Position numbers and translations under genes: made by a program | Notes under the pieces: generated by a model | What the model was told of the DNA's origin: nothing | What the model saw: only the letters and a program-made list of their open reading frames with translations | The model's database searches: none | In this document: positions 35,981 to 43,874 of the stretch, piece after piece | Numbering within the stretch: position 1 is the first letter of the stretch | Layout of the letters: each line of letters starts with the position of its first letter | Source: Candidatus Fraserbacteria bacterium | Lineage (GTDB): Bacteria; Bipolaricaulota; Bipolaricaulia; RBG-16-55-9; DRXL01 | NCBI GenBank assembly: GCA_947085185.1 | Contig: CAMTVK010000014.1 | Coordinates: 1 to 55,005, forward strand | Direction of reading: 5' to 3' | DNA length: 55,005 nucleotides

Positions 35981-37068
35981 CAACGCTCCCCGTGCTCGAG
36001 CTTGAAGGCACGCCGTATGAGCAAGGTCTTGCTCACGGCCGATATGCTCGTGAGCGCATCGCCCATAATCTGAGAGTATATTTCTCGCGCTTTGCGCGCG
36101 AGACAAAGCTCTCAAGGCCTGAAGTGCTGCGCCGTGCCCGGCTCTATCTTGACGTGATCGAGAGGCTCGCTCCCGATTATGCCGAGGCGATGCGCGGCAT
36201 CGCCGAGGGCTCCACGCTCGATCCGATCGAGATCGCGGCGCTCAACGCGCGCTACGAGCTGATCTACAGCGAAGAGACCCGCAAGGCTCTCACGGCAGAG
36301 CACGGCTGCACCAACTTCGCCGTCCTGCCCATCAAGACCGCCAACGGACACTTACTAGTTGGTGAGAACTGGGACTGGATTCCCGAGGTGCATGGAGTCA
36401 TTCTCAAGATCCGTGAGCCTGGAGTGCCCGAAATACTTTGCTTTACCGAAGCGGGGATCGTCGGGGGCAAGATCGGGCTGAACGCAGCAGGCTTGGGGTT
36501 GGCCATCAACGGCTTGAACTCAGAGAGAGATAATTGGGCCGTGCTGGCCAAGCCCTTCCACGTGCGCTGCTGGGAGATCCTGCGCTGCACAGAGTTTGAG
36601 CAAGCCGTGCGCACGGTCACCGAGGGCCAGCGCAGCGTCTCGGCAAATTTTCTCATCGCTCAAGTGCCCAATAGAGTCATTGATCTGGAGACTGCGCCAA
36701 CAGGCATCAGCAAGATCTTCGCGCACGACGGCTGGCTGGCGCACACCAATCACTTTCTCGATCTGCACTCTGCAGGACTGACGCGCAATATTCACACTGC
36801 AAAGCGTCCCAGCACCGAGCAGCGTCTGGCCCGCGTACAGCATCTGCTGCGCACAAGCGCGCAGGTCAGCTTCGAGAAAGCTCAAGAGATCTTGCGCGAT
36901 CACGACGATTTCCCGTACTCGCTCTGCCGCCATCCCGATGAGAATTTTCCGCCGGAAGAGCGCTACATGAGCGTCGTCTCGGTCGTGATGGATTTGAACG
37001 AAAGAGTTTTCGCTGTTGCCCACGGGCCGCCCTGCCAATATGAGTATCGCGTGTTGAAACTCTCCTAA
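35977..37068 (+). CDS. C45 family Ntn-hydrolase/acyltransferase
   Basis: LNARYE, G-CT autoprocessing site, ENWDW, HTNHF motifs. Confidence 0.9.
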   Translation: MTTLPVLELEGTPYEQGLAHGRYARERIAHNLRVYFSRFARETKLSRPEVLRRARLYLDVIERLAPDYAEAMRGIAEGSTLDPIEIAALNARYELIYSEETRKALTAEHGCTNFAVLPIKTANGHLLVGENWDWIPEVHGVILKIREPGVPEILCFTEAGIVGGKIGLNAAGLGLAINGLNSERDNWAVLAKPFHVRCWEILRCTEFEQAVRTVTEGQRSVSANFLIAQVPNRVIDLETAPTGISKIFAHDGWLAHTNHFLDLHSAGLTRNIHTAKRPSTEQRLARVQHLLRTSAQVSFEKAQEILRDHDDFPYSLCRHPDENFPPEERYMSVVSVVMDLNERVFAVAHGPPCQYEYRVLKLS

Positions 37069-37096
37069 GCTTGATATACACTGACATGAAGAACAC

Positions 37097-37339
37097 ATGA
37101 AGCGCATCGAACTCGACCTGGATGAGGAGACTCTAGAACGCGCGCAGCGGCTTGCAGCGGCGCGCCAGTGCTCCCTTGAAGAGTTGATCAAAGACTTGCT
37201 TCAGCAAGCAGAAGCCCACAAGCCCCCCCAGGACCCGTATCTGGGCATGCTGGCTGATGAACCGGAGCTCGTTGATCACGTGCTAGAATCCGTTATGAAA
37301 GCCCGTGAAGAACATCATTTGAGAACGCCCCGTGGATAG
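37097..37339 (+). CDS. Putative antitoxin
   Basis: 80 aa with RHH-like N-terminus; overlaps the downstream PIN gene. Confidence 0.75.
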   Translation: MKRIELDLDEETLERAQRLAAARQCSLEELIKDLLQQAEAHKPPQDPYLGMLADEPELVDHVLESVMKAREEHHLRTPRG

Positions 37340-37727
37340 GTCTTTACTCGACACGGATATCTTCTCCGAAATTCTCAAGGGAACCACAGCTTATCACGCT
37401 GCGTTTGGTCAGTATACGATCTCAGTGATCACGGTTATGGAGATCGTCAAGGGATTCCATAAACTGCACCGTGAGGATCGTATTCAGCAATTTCTCGCAG
37501 GACTGCCTACAATTGAACTCCTCACACTAGATGCTCAAAGTGCTGAGCTCGCAGGGCGGATCTATGCCGATCTAGAACGCTTGGGACAGCCGATTGGACG
37601 AGCCGACCCTATGGTGGCGGCGATTGCTCTGCGGCATGGCTTGGTTCTTGTGACAGGTAATCTCTCTCATTATCAGCGCATTCAAAACTTGGGCTATACT
37701 CTGAGACTGGAGAACTGGCGGGTGTAA
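37332..37727 (+). CDS. PIN-domain VapC toxin
   Basis: LLDTDIFSE, G.PIG.AD..AAIAL, LVTGN..HY, ENW motifs. Confidence 0.88.
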   Translation: MDRSLLDTDIFSEILKGTTAYHAAFGQYTISVITVMEIVKGFHKLHREDRIQQFLAGLPTIELLTLDAQSAELAGRIYADLERLGQPIGRADPMVAAIALRHGLVLVTGNLSHYQRIQNLGYTLRLENWRV

Positions 37728-37734
37728 ACGATAC

Positions 37735-38565
37735 TTATCTCTGCAGCCCCCTCAGCAACGCGTGGATATTCTTCCCCAAATCTTCGACACAATAGCCGCC
37801 CTCAAGCACTCCAAACGTCGGAAGCCCAAGCTTCCCCAGGCGCTCCCCAACTCTATAGTAGCCCTCCGTCGTCAGCCCCAACGACGCCAACGGATCTTTG
37901 TAGTACGTGTCAAACCCCGCCGAGATGGCGACGTGCTCGATCCCGGTCAGATCTAGCGACGCCAGTGCTTCGTCCAGCGTCCGCAGATAGACTTCGTCGC
38001 CACACGTGAAGGGCAACGGATAGTTATAACAATTCTGTTCGGAGCGCAGCCCCGTCCCCGGATAGTTGGGAAAGCTGTGCAACGAGAGATAGATCACCTG
38101 GGGATCGCCGAGAAAGATCGCTTGGGTGCCGTCGCCGTGATGGCCGTCTATGTCAACGATCAGCGTCTTTTTCTCGGAGGCGCGGACAGCAATCGCAATG
38201 TTATTGAAATAGCAGAACCCCGCGACGCGCTCTTTCGCCGCGTGATGCCCCGGCGGGCGCATCAGCGAAAATCCGTGCAGCCTCATGGCTTGGATCGCCG
38301 CGCCCGCCGCGAGCCGCGCGTACTCAAAGATCTTGGGATATCTAGGAGAATCGGGATCATAGAAGCGCAGCTTCTTCACGTCTTCGATGTGTCTTTCGGA
38401 GTGGACGCGCCGAAGGTCTTCTTCGGTCGCGGGCTCAGCGAGGACGAACCCATAGCCAAGCTTGGGATCGCTCAAGAACTCATAAGCTCGTTTGAGTCGT
38501 TCGGGGCTTTCGGGGTGCCCTGGGGCCCCGTACTCTAAACACTTGGGATGCCAGATGAGCGTCAT
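37735..38565 (-). CDS. Histone deacetylase family amidohydrolase
   Basis: HPESPERL, RPPGHHA, GFCYFNN, DIDGHHGDGTQ, EGGY motifs. Confidence 0.93.
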   Translation of the reverse strand: MTLIWHPKCLEYGAPGHPESPERLKRAYEFLSDPKLGYGFVLAEPATEEDLRRVHSERHIEDVKKLRFYDPDSPRYPKIFEYARLAAGAAIQAMRLHGFSLMRPPGHHAAKERVAGFCYFNNIAIAVRASEKKTLIVDIDGHHGDGTQAIFLGDPQVIYLSLHSFPNYPGTGLRSEQNCYNYPLPFTCGDEVYLRTLDEALASLDLTGIEHVAISAGFDTYYKDPLASLGLTTEGYYRVGERLGKLGLPTFGVLEGGYCVEDLGKNIHALLRGLQR

Positions 38566-38635
38566 CGTCCCGAAGTCTATCGTGTTTTTGAGGATTTTGC
38601 CAACGGGGCATCTTTGCGCTAAACTATATCCAAAC

Positions 38636-38725
38636 GGAGAGGTGTCCGAGCGGACTAAGGGGCGTGCCTGGAGAGCACGTACCGGCGAAAGTCGGTCGTG
38701 GGTTCGAATCCCACCCTCTCCGCCA
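38636..38725 (+). tRNA. tRNA-Ser(GGA)
   Basis: Anticodon arm cgtgc-ctGGAga-gcacg; GCCA end; TTGCCA-17-TAAACT promoter upstream. Confidence 0.95.
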
Positions 38726-38726
38726 G

Positions 38727-38794
38727 CAGGCTTCGCCTGCACCATTCATCGTGCCGCCTCTGGCGGCACGGCGAACAGTCCAGACGGAGTCTGG
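38727..38794. repeat. tRNA-flanking palindromic element between tRNA-Ser and ffs
   Basis: caggcttcgcctg, cgtgccgcctctggcggcacg, ccagacggagtctgg. Confidence 0.8.
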
Positions 38795-38797
38795 TTG

Positions 38798-38906
38798 GGG
38801 TCGGCTCGCCCTGGACGGCGGCGCAGGCCGTCGAACCCCGCCAGGCCCGGAAGGGAGCAACGGTAAGACGATCCCTGCGGGCGTCGTATCTGGGGCGGGC
38901 CGATCC
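38798..38906 (+). ncRNA. ffs: Small bacterial SRP (4.5S) RNA
   Basis: Helix 8 motif CCAGGCCCGGAAGGGAGCAAC inside a long hairpin closed by gggtcggctcgccc/gggcgggccgatcc. Confidence 0.93.
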
Positions 38907-38931
38907 GAGCTGACTCTCACAAGGAGGTCCC

Positions 38932-40134
38932 ATGCCGTCCATCAGTGGGCGAGCCCAAACCGTCCAAGCCTCGCCTATCCGCAAACTCAAACCCCTCGCC
39001 GATCAAGCCAAACGCGCCGGAAAGAGAATCTATCACTTAAATATCGGACAACCCGACATCCCCACACCCAAAGAATACTTCGACGGTATCCGTCAGGCTG
39101 CTCAGGGCGTCTTGGCCTACAGCCCCTCCCAAGGGCTCGACGAGACGCTCGACGCACTGACAGAATATTATCGAACTTTCGAGATCTCGCTCAGTCAAGA
39201 TGAGATGATCGTTACTACCGGAGGGAGCGAAGCGATCACGTTCGCCATGCTCGCTGTCACCGATGTCGGCGATGCTCTCTTAGTTCCCGAGCCGTTCTAC
39301 ACCAACTATAACTCCTACGCGCAGATCACAGGGGTTCAGATCGTGCCCATCGAGACGCATGCTGAAGATGGCTTTCGGCTCCCAGACAAAAAATCTCTCG
39401 AGAGCAAGATCACCCCAAAAACCAAAGCGATTCTCTTCTGCAACCCCGGCAACCCCACGGGCGTCGTCTACACCAAAGCTGAGCTCGAGATGCTCGCCGA
39501 GATCGCCCAACAACACAAGCTCTATCTGATCGCCGACGAAGTCTATCGGGAGTTCACTTACGATGGCACGCAGGCGATCAGCGTCTTGCAGCTTCCCGAT
39601 CTTGAAGATCGCGCGATCTTGGTCGACAGCATCTCCAAGAGATTTTCGGCGTGCGGGGCGCGGCTAGGGGTACTGGCGAGCAAGAACCCTGCCGTGATGG
39701 AGGCAGCACTCAAATTCGCCCAAGCGCGGCTTTCCCCACCCACGCTCGAACAGCACGGCCTGATCCATCTGCTAAGGTCTTCGCGCTATCGGGACTTCGT
39801 GCGCCAGATGATCGCCGAATTTCAGCAGCGCAGAGATCTCGTCTACGCGGCGCTCCAACAGATACCCGGGGTGATCTGTGCCAAGCCCACCGGGGCGTTT
39901 TATATCATCGCCAAGCTCCCTGTGGAAGACGCGGAGCATTTTGCCCGCTGGCTGCTGACGGATTTTGCTCTCGACAACGAAACCGTGATGCTCGCTCCCG
40001 CCGCAGAGTTCTACGCCACACCGGGCAAGGGTCGCGATGAAGTGCGCATCGCCTATGTGCTCAACGTGGACGCTCTCAAGAGAGCGATGAGCATCTTAAA
40101 AGAAGGGCTGCACGCATACACCCGAGCGCGCTAG
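38932..40134 (+). CDS. PLP-dependent class I/II aminotransferase
   Basis: LNIGQPD, TTGGSEA, NPGNPTG, DEVY, SISKRFSACGARLG motifs. Confidence 0.93.
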   Translation: MPSISGRAQTVQASPIRKLKPLADQAKRAGKRIYHLNIGQPDIPTPKEYFDGIRQAAQGVLAYSPSQGLDETLDALTEYYRTFEISLSQDEMIVTTGGSEAITFAMLAVTDVGDALLVPEPFYTNYNSYAQITGVQIVPIETHAEDGFRLPDKKSLESKITPKTKAILFCNPGNPTGVVYTKAELEMLAEIAQQHKLYLIADEVYREFTYDGTQAISVLQLPDLEDRAILVDSISKRFSACGARLGVLASKNPAVMEAALKFAQARLSPPTLEQHGLIHLLRSSRYRDFVRQMIAEFQQRRDLVYAALQQIPGVICAKPTGAFYIIAKLPVEDAEHFARWLLTDFALDNETVMLAPAAEFYATPGKGRDEVRIAYVLNVDALKRAMSILKEGLHAYTRAR

Positions 40135-40929
40135 ATGTCTCCAAGAAGACGTCTCGATCTTCTGCTTGTCGAGCGCGGGCTCTTCCGCTCCCGCGCCCAA
40201 GCCCAACGTGCCATTCTCGCCGGATATGTGCGCGTCAACAATCAGATCATAGATAAGCCCGGCGCACAAATCCCCAGCGACGCTCACATCGAAGTGAAAG
40301 AGAGGCTTCGCTATGTCAGCCAAGGCGGACTCAAATTAGAAAAAGCCCTGCGCGAATTCCAGATAGAGCTCAAGGAAAGAGTCTGTCTTGACGTCGGGGC
40401 TTCGACCGGGGGATTCACGGATTGTCTGCTGCAACACGGCGCTACGAGAGTCTACGCCGTAGACGTCGGCAAGGGACAATTAGACTGGAAGCTGCGCACT
40501 GATCCCAGAGTCGTCGTCTTGGAAGCGATCAACGCGCGGTACTTAACACCCGATATGATCGGGGAACTCGTTGATGTCGCGACCGTGGACGTCTCGTTCA
40601 TCTCGCTGAAGCTCATCGTGCCCCCACTCAAAGAGATCGTCAAGCCCAAGGGCGATCTCGTCGCGCTGGTCAAGCCCCAGTTTGAAGCGGGCCGAGAATA
40701 CGTCCGGCGCGGCGTGATCAAAGACCCACTCGTGCATCAGCACGTCTTAGAAGATCTTGTGCGCTTTCTTCAAGATCAAGCACAGCTTTCGGTCGTGAAC
40801 GGGACGTTCTCCCCCATCAAGGGCCCTGCAGGCAATATCGAATTTTTTATACACATCCGCAACGAACCATCTCGCAGTGTCCCCATAGACTGGGCACGAC
40901 TGGTCGAGCAAGCTCATCGCGCATTATAA
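40135..40929 (+). CDS. tlyA: TlyA family rRNA 2'-O-methyltransferase
   Basis: S4 domain; DVGASTGGFTD, DVSFISL, LVKPQFE, GNIEF motifs. Confidence 0.93.
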   Translation: MSPRRRLDLLLVERGLFRSRAQAQRAILAGYVRVNNQIIDKPGAQIPSDAHIEVKERLRYVSQGGLKLEKALREFQIELKERVCLDVGASTGGFTDCLLQHGATRVYAVDVGKGQLDWKLRTDPRVVVLEAINARYLTPDMIGELVDVATVDVSFISLKLIVPPLKEIVKPKGDLVALVKPQFEAGREYVRRGVIKDPLVHQHVLEDLVRFLQDQAQLSVVNGTFSPIKGPAGNIEFFIHIRNEPSRSVPIDWARLVEQAHRAL

Positions 40930-40936
40930 TAGCTTT

Positions 40937-41635
40937 ATGACTCAGCTCGTCCTCGATATCGAGACCGTGGGAATGCCCTTGGCATCGTTCGACGAAGCCC
41001 AGCAGCAGTATCTCTTAAAATTTGCCGAGCGCGAAGAGACCCCAGAGCGCCAAGAGCGCAAGCGCGAAGAGCTCATCGCGCAGCTCAATCTCTATCCGTT
41101 CACGGCCCGAGTCGTCGCTATCGGGATGCTCAACATTGAGAGCCAAAGAGGCCGCGTCTACTACCAAGCCCCAGAGAGAGAATCTTGGACATCTGAAGAT
41201 AATCGGATCGGGTACGAATCGGGCAGCGAGAGCGAAATCCTCAAAAGATTCTGGGAGGACGTGCGCCCCTATAGGCAGCTCATCACGTTCAATGGTCGGG
41301 GCTTCGACTGCCCGTTTCTGCTCTTGCGCTCGGCCATCTTGGGCGTCAAGCCCTCTCGCAATCTCATGGCCGCGCGCTTCGACCCTGAGCACATAGATCT
41401 CTTGGAGCAGCTGACGTTCTACGGTGCGATCCGACGGTTCAATCTCGATTTCTACTGCAGGGCATTTGGGATCGAAAGCCCCAAGGGGCGCCTCTCCGGG
41501 CCGCAGATGAACCAGCTCTTTGCCGAGGGGAAATATCGTGAGATCGCCCAATACTGTTTCGACGACGTGCGCGCGACCGCGGAACTCTACCGTCGTTGGC
41601 GCGAGTCTTTGAGCTTTGAAGAGAAAGCAAGCTAA
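40937..41635 (+). CDS. DEDDy 3'-5' exonuclease (PolB-exonuclease-like)
   Basis: LDIET, TFNGRGFD, YCFDDV motifs. Confidence 0.88.
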   Translation: MTQLVLDIETVGMPLASFDEAQQQYLLKFAEREETPERQERKREELIAQLNLYPFTARVVAIGMLNIESQRGRVYYQAPERESWTSEDNRIGYESGSESEILKRFWEDVRPYRQLITFNGRGFDCPFLLLRSAILGVKPSRNLMAARFDPEHIDLLEQLTFYGAIRRFNLDFYCRAFGIESPKGRLSGPQMNQLFAEGKYREIAQYCFDDVRATAELYRRWRESLSFEEKAS

Positions 41636-41639
41636 TAGA

Positions 41640-42251
41640 ATGCTGATCGTTGGTTTAGCGGGCGGCATCGCCACGGGCAAGAGCCTTATCGCCCAAGAAG
41701 CCGCCAAACTCCCCGGCGTCGCCGTGATTGATGCCGACAAGGTCGCCTGGGAGACGTATAGAAAGAGCACAGAGATCTATAGAAAACTCGTAGCACACTT
41801 TGGCGAAAAGATCCTCGCAGAAGACGGGGAGATCGATCGCAAGAAGCTCGGCGCGCTCGTCTTCTCTGATCCGTCAGCGCGCGAGTTCGTCAATGCTACA
41901 GTGCATCCGGCTGTCCAAGAAGCCCTGGAGAAGATAGCCGAAGCCCATCGCGCTCAGGACACGAAACTCTTAGTTATAGAAGCAGCTCTTTTGCTCGAAT
42001 CGTCCTCTGTGCAGCGCGATCTTTTTGATTATATTATCTTAGTGAGCGCCCCGCGCGATGCGCAGATCCAAAGACTTCTCGCTCGGAGCAAGCTCTCCCC
42101 TGAAGAGGTGCGTCGTCGAGTAGAAGCCCAAACGCCCCCAGAGCTGCTCGCTGCTCAGGCCGATTTCGTGCTCGACACCTCAGGGACAATCGAAGAGACC
42201 CGTGAGCGCGCGCGCACGCTCTTTGGGAAACTCTTAGCCCACGCAGAGTGA
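41640..42251 (+). CDS. coaE: Dephospho-CoA kinase
   Basis: GLAGGIATGKS, DAD, DRKKLG..VF, HP motifs. Confidence 0.93.
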   Translation: MLIVGLAGGIATGKSLIAQEAAKLPGVAVIDADKVAWETYRKSTEIYRKLVAHFGEKILAEDGEIDRKKLGALVFSDPSAREFVNATVHPAVQEALEKIAEAHRAQDTKLLVIEAALLLESSSVQRDLFDYIILVSAPRDAQIQRLLARSKLSPEEVRRRVEAQTPPELLAAQADFVLDTSGTIEETRERARTLFGKLLAHAE

Positions 42252-42571
42252 TCCCCATCACACGCCCTTGTCCCCAGAAAAAGTCCTGAGATCACGCACG
42301 CGAAGTAGACAGGGCTCCTCTCTCTCTGTCAGGTGAGCTCGTATACTGGAGCCATCTTCTAAACATTGGCGGAAACCTCCGATCAGCAGCCCCCTGGCTC
42401 ACGCACAGCCAGGGGGTCGCTCTCTTTCTGGGATTACCCCCAACCCCCTTCCCTACTCTTTAATTTTAGAAGATTGGTCTTCTGTCCCCCAGAAGAGTGC
42501 CGGACTTCGTCACAGCAGAGGGCTCTCGCTCATTTCGGTGAAGCTCCCTTTCATAGTATGATGGGTTCGCT

Positions 42572-43204
42572 ATGAAGAAGACCAAGCAAGCTCAACGCTG
42601 GAGCGTCCTCTTGCTCATCATGGGGACGACTGTGCTCATGGGGTGGTCCGTCTCTCGACCCATGCCCCAGCACCTCTCTGTCTTGTCACCTGCGCTCGCG
42701 GAATCCTATGAGAGTCCGCACGCCTCCAATACTTGGGACGGCTCGGACTTCATAGATCCGCTGCGCTTCCCCGCTCGACCCCCGGCCGAAAGGACAGTTC
42801 CAAGTTCGAAGTTCCAAGTGCCAAGGTTAGAGTCTGAGACGGAAGCCTCAGCACATCGCGCACAGGTCATCCCTGGGCGTGCCCTGCGCTTGGAACCGAA
42901 GGGCTCGCTCACCGTCTCTGCCTCGGGGCGGATCGAGTTCGTCGCCACCCTTATCAATATTCAGACGAGCGACTGGCGCGTCATCGGCGAGCTGTATGTC
43001 ACCAAGGGCGACGGGATCACCGAGAAGCTCTTTGGCCCGCGGGCGATCCGCCTAGGGCCTGCCCAACGCTTGCGCCTGCCCGTGGGCCTGGCCGCCACGC
43101 GCTTCCCCCAGGGACCAACGCAATTTCTCGCAGTCCTGAAAGACCAGACGGGCCAAGTCATCGACCAAGCGATCATCACGTTCCGCATCGAGCTTGCGCC
43201 CTAA
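42572..43204 (+). CDS. Hypothetical exported protein with C-terminal beta-sandwich
   Basis: Basic N-terminus plus hydrophobic segment; low-complexity linker. Confidence 0.65.
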   Translation: MKKTKQAQRWSVLLLIMGTTVLMGWSVSRPMPQHLSVLSPALAESYESPHASNTWDGSDFIDPLRFPARPPAERTVPSSKFQVPRLESETEASAHRAQVIPGRALRLEPKGSLTVSASGRIEFVATLINIQTSDWRVIGELYVTKGDGITEKLFGPRAIRLGPAQRLRLPVGLAATRFPQGPTQFLAVLKDQTGQVIDQAIITFRIELAP

Positions 43205-43295
43205 AATATGACGAAGAGCAGTTTTTCACCTGGCTGAGATCATTGAGCATCCCGCCCAAGCGACGCTAGGATGGTCATGACGGGAGTTGATCCCC

Positions 43296-43874
43296 ATGAT
43301 CGAAGTGCGGTTTCACGGGCGGGGCGGGCAGGGAGCGGTCGTCGCTTCTGAAATCTTAGCAACAGCCCTCTTCAAAGAAGGGAAATTCGTACAAGCATTT
43401 CCAGCGTTTGGGGTGGAGCGCCGCGGCGCTCCCGTGATGGCCTTCTTGAGATTCGACGACACCCCCATCCGCCGACGGTGTCACATCTACGAGCCCGATC
43501 ACGTCATCGTCCTCGATCCCACGTTGCTCTTGACCGTAGACGTCACAGCAGGGCTTGCCCCCCACGGAACTATCCTCCTCAACAGCGACTCGCCTCCTGA
43601 AAGCTTTACGGCGCTCCAAAAATTTTTGGTCGCGACGGTGCCTGCCGGGGAGATCGCAGTCACGCATAACTTGGGCACTCGCACGAACCCCATCGTCAAC
43701 ACTGTGATCTTAGGGGCGTTCGCGCGGTTGACGGGCTTTGTCAGTTTAGAAACGCTTCTCGAAGCGATCGCGGAAAAGATCCCGGAGCGCCAGCGCGAGC
43801 GCAACCAAGCCGCCGCTCGCGATGCCTACGAGCGCGTCCAAATTGCCACCATCCTCGAAAGGAGCTCGCGGTGA
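43296..43874 (+). CDS. 2-oxoacid:acceptor oxidoreductase gamma subunit
   Basis: IEVRFHGRGGQG and FGVERRGAPV motifs. Confidence 0.93.
   Translation: MIEVRFHGRGGQGAVVASEILATALFKEGKFVQAFPAFGVERRGAPVMAFLRFDDTPIRRRCHIYEPDHVIVLDPTLLLTVDVTAGLAPHGTILLNSDSPPESFTALQKFLVATVPAGEIAVTHNLGTRTNPIVNTVILGAFARLTGFVSLETLLEAIAEKIPERQRERNQAAARDAYERVQIATILERSSR

Noticed and set aside
37735..38745. Extended HDAC ORF and other ORFs crossing tRNA genes (GGEGGIRTH-type peptides)
   Set aside because: These are translations of antisense tRNA sequence.
42260..42550. Tandem glycine riboswitch
   Set aside because: Only isolated CACCGAA/TCAGG words; conserved motif order is absent and no glycine gene is downstream.
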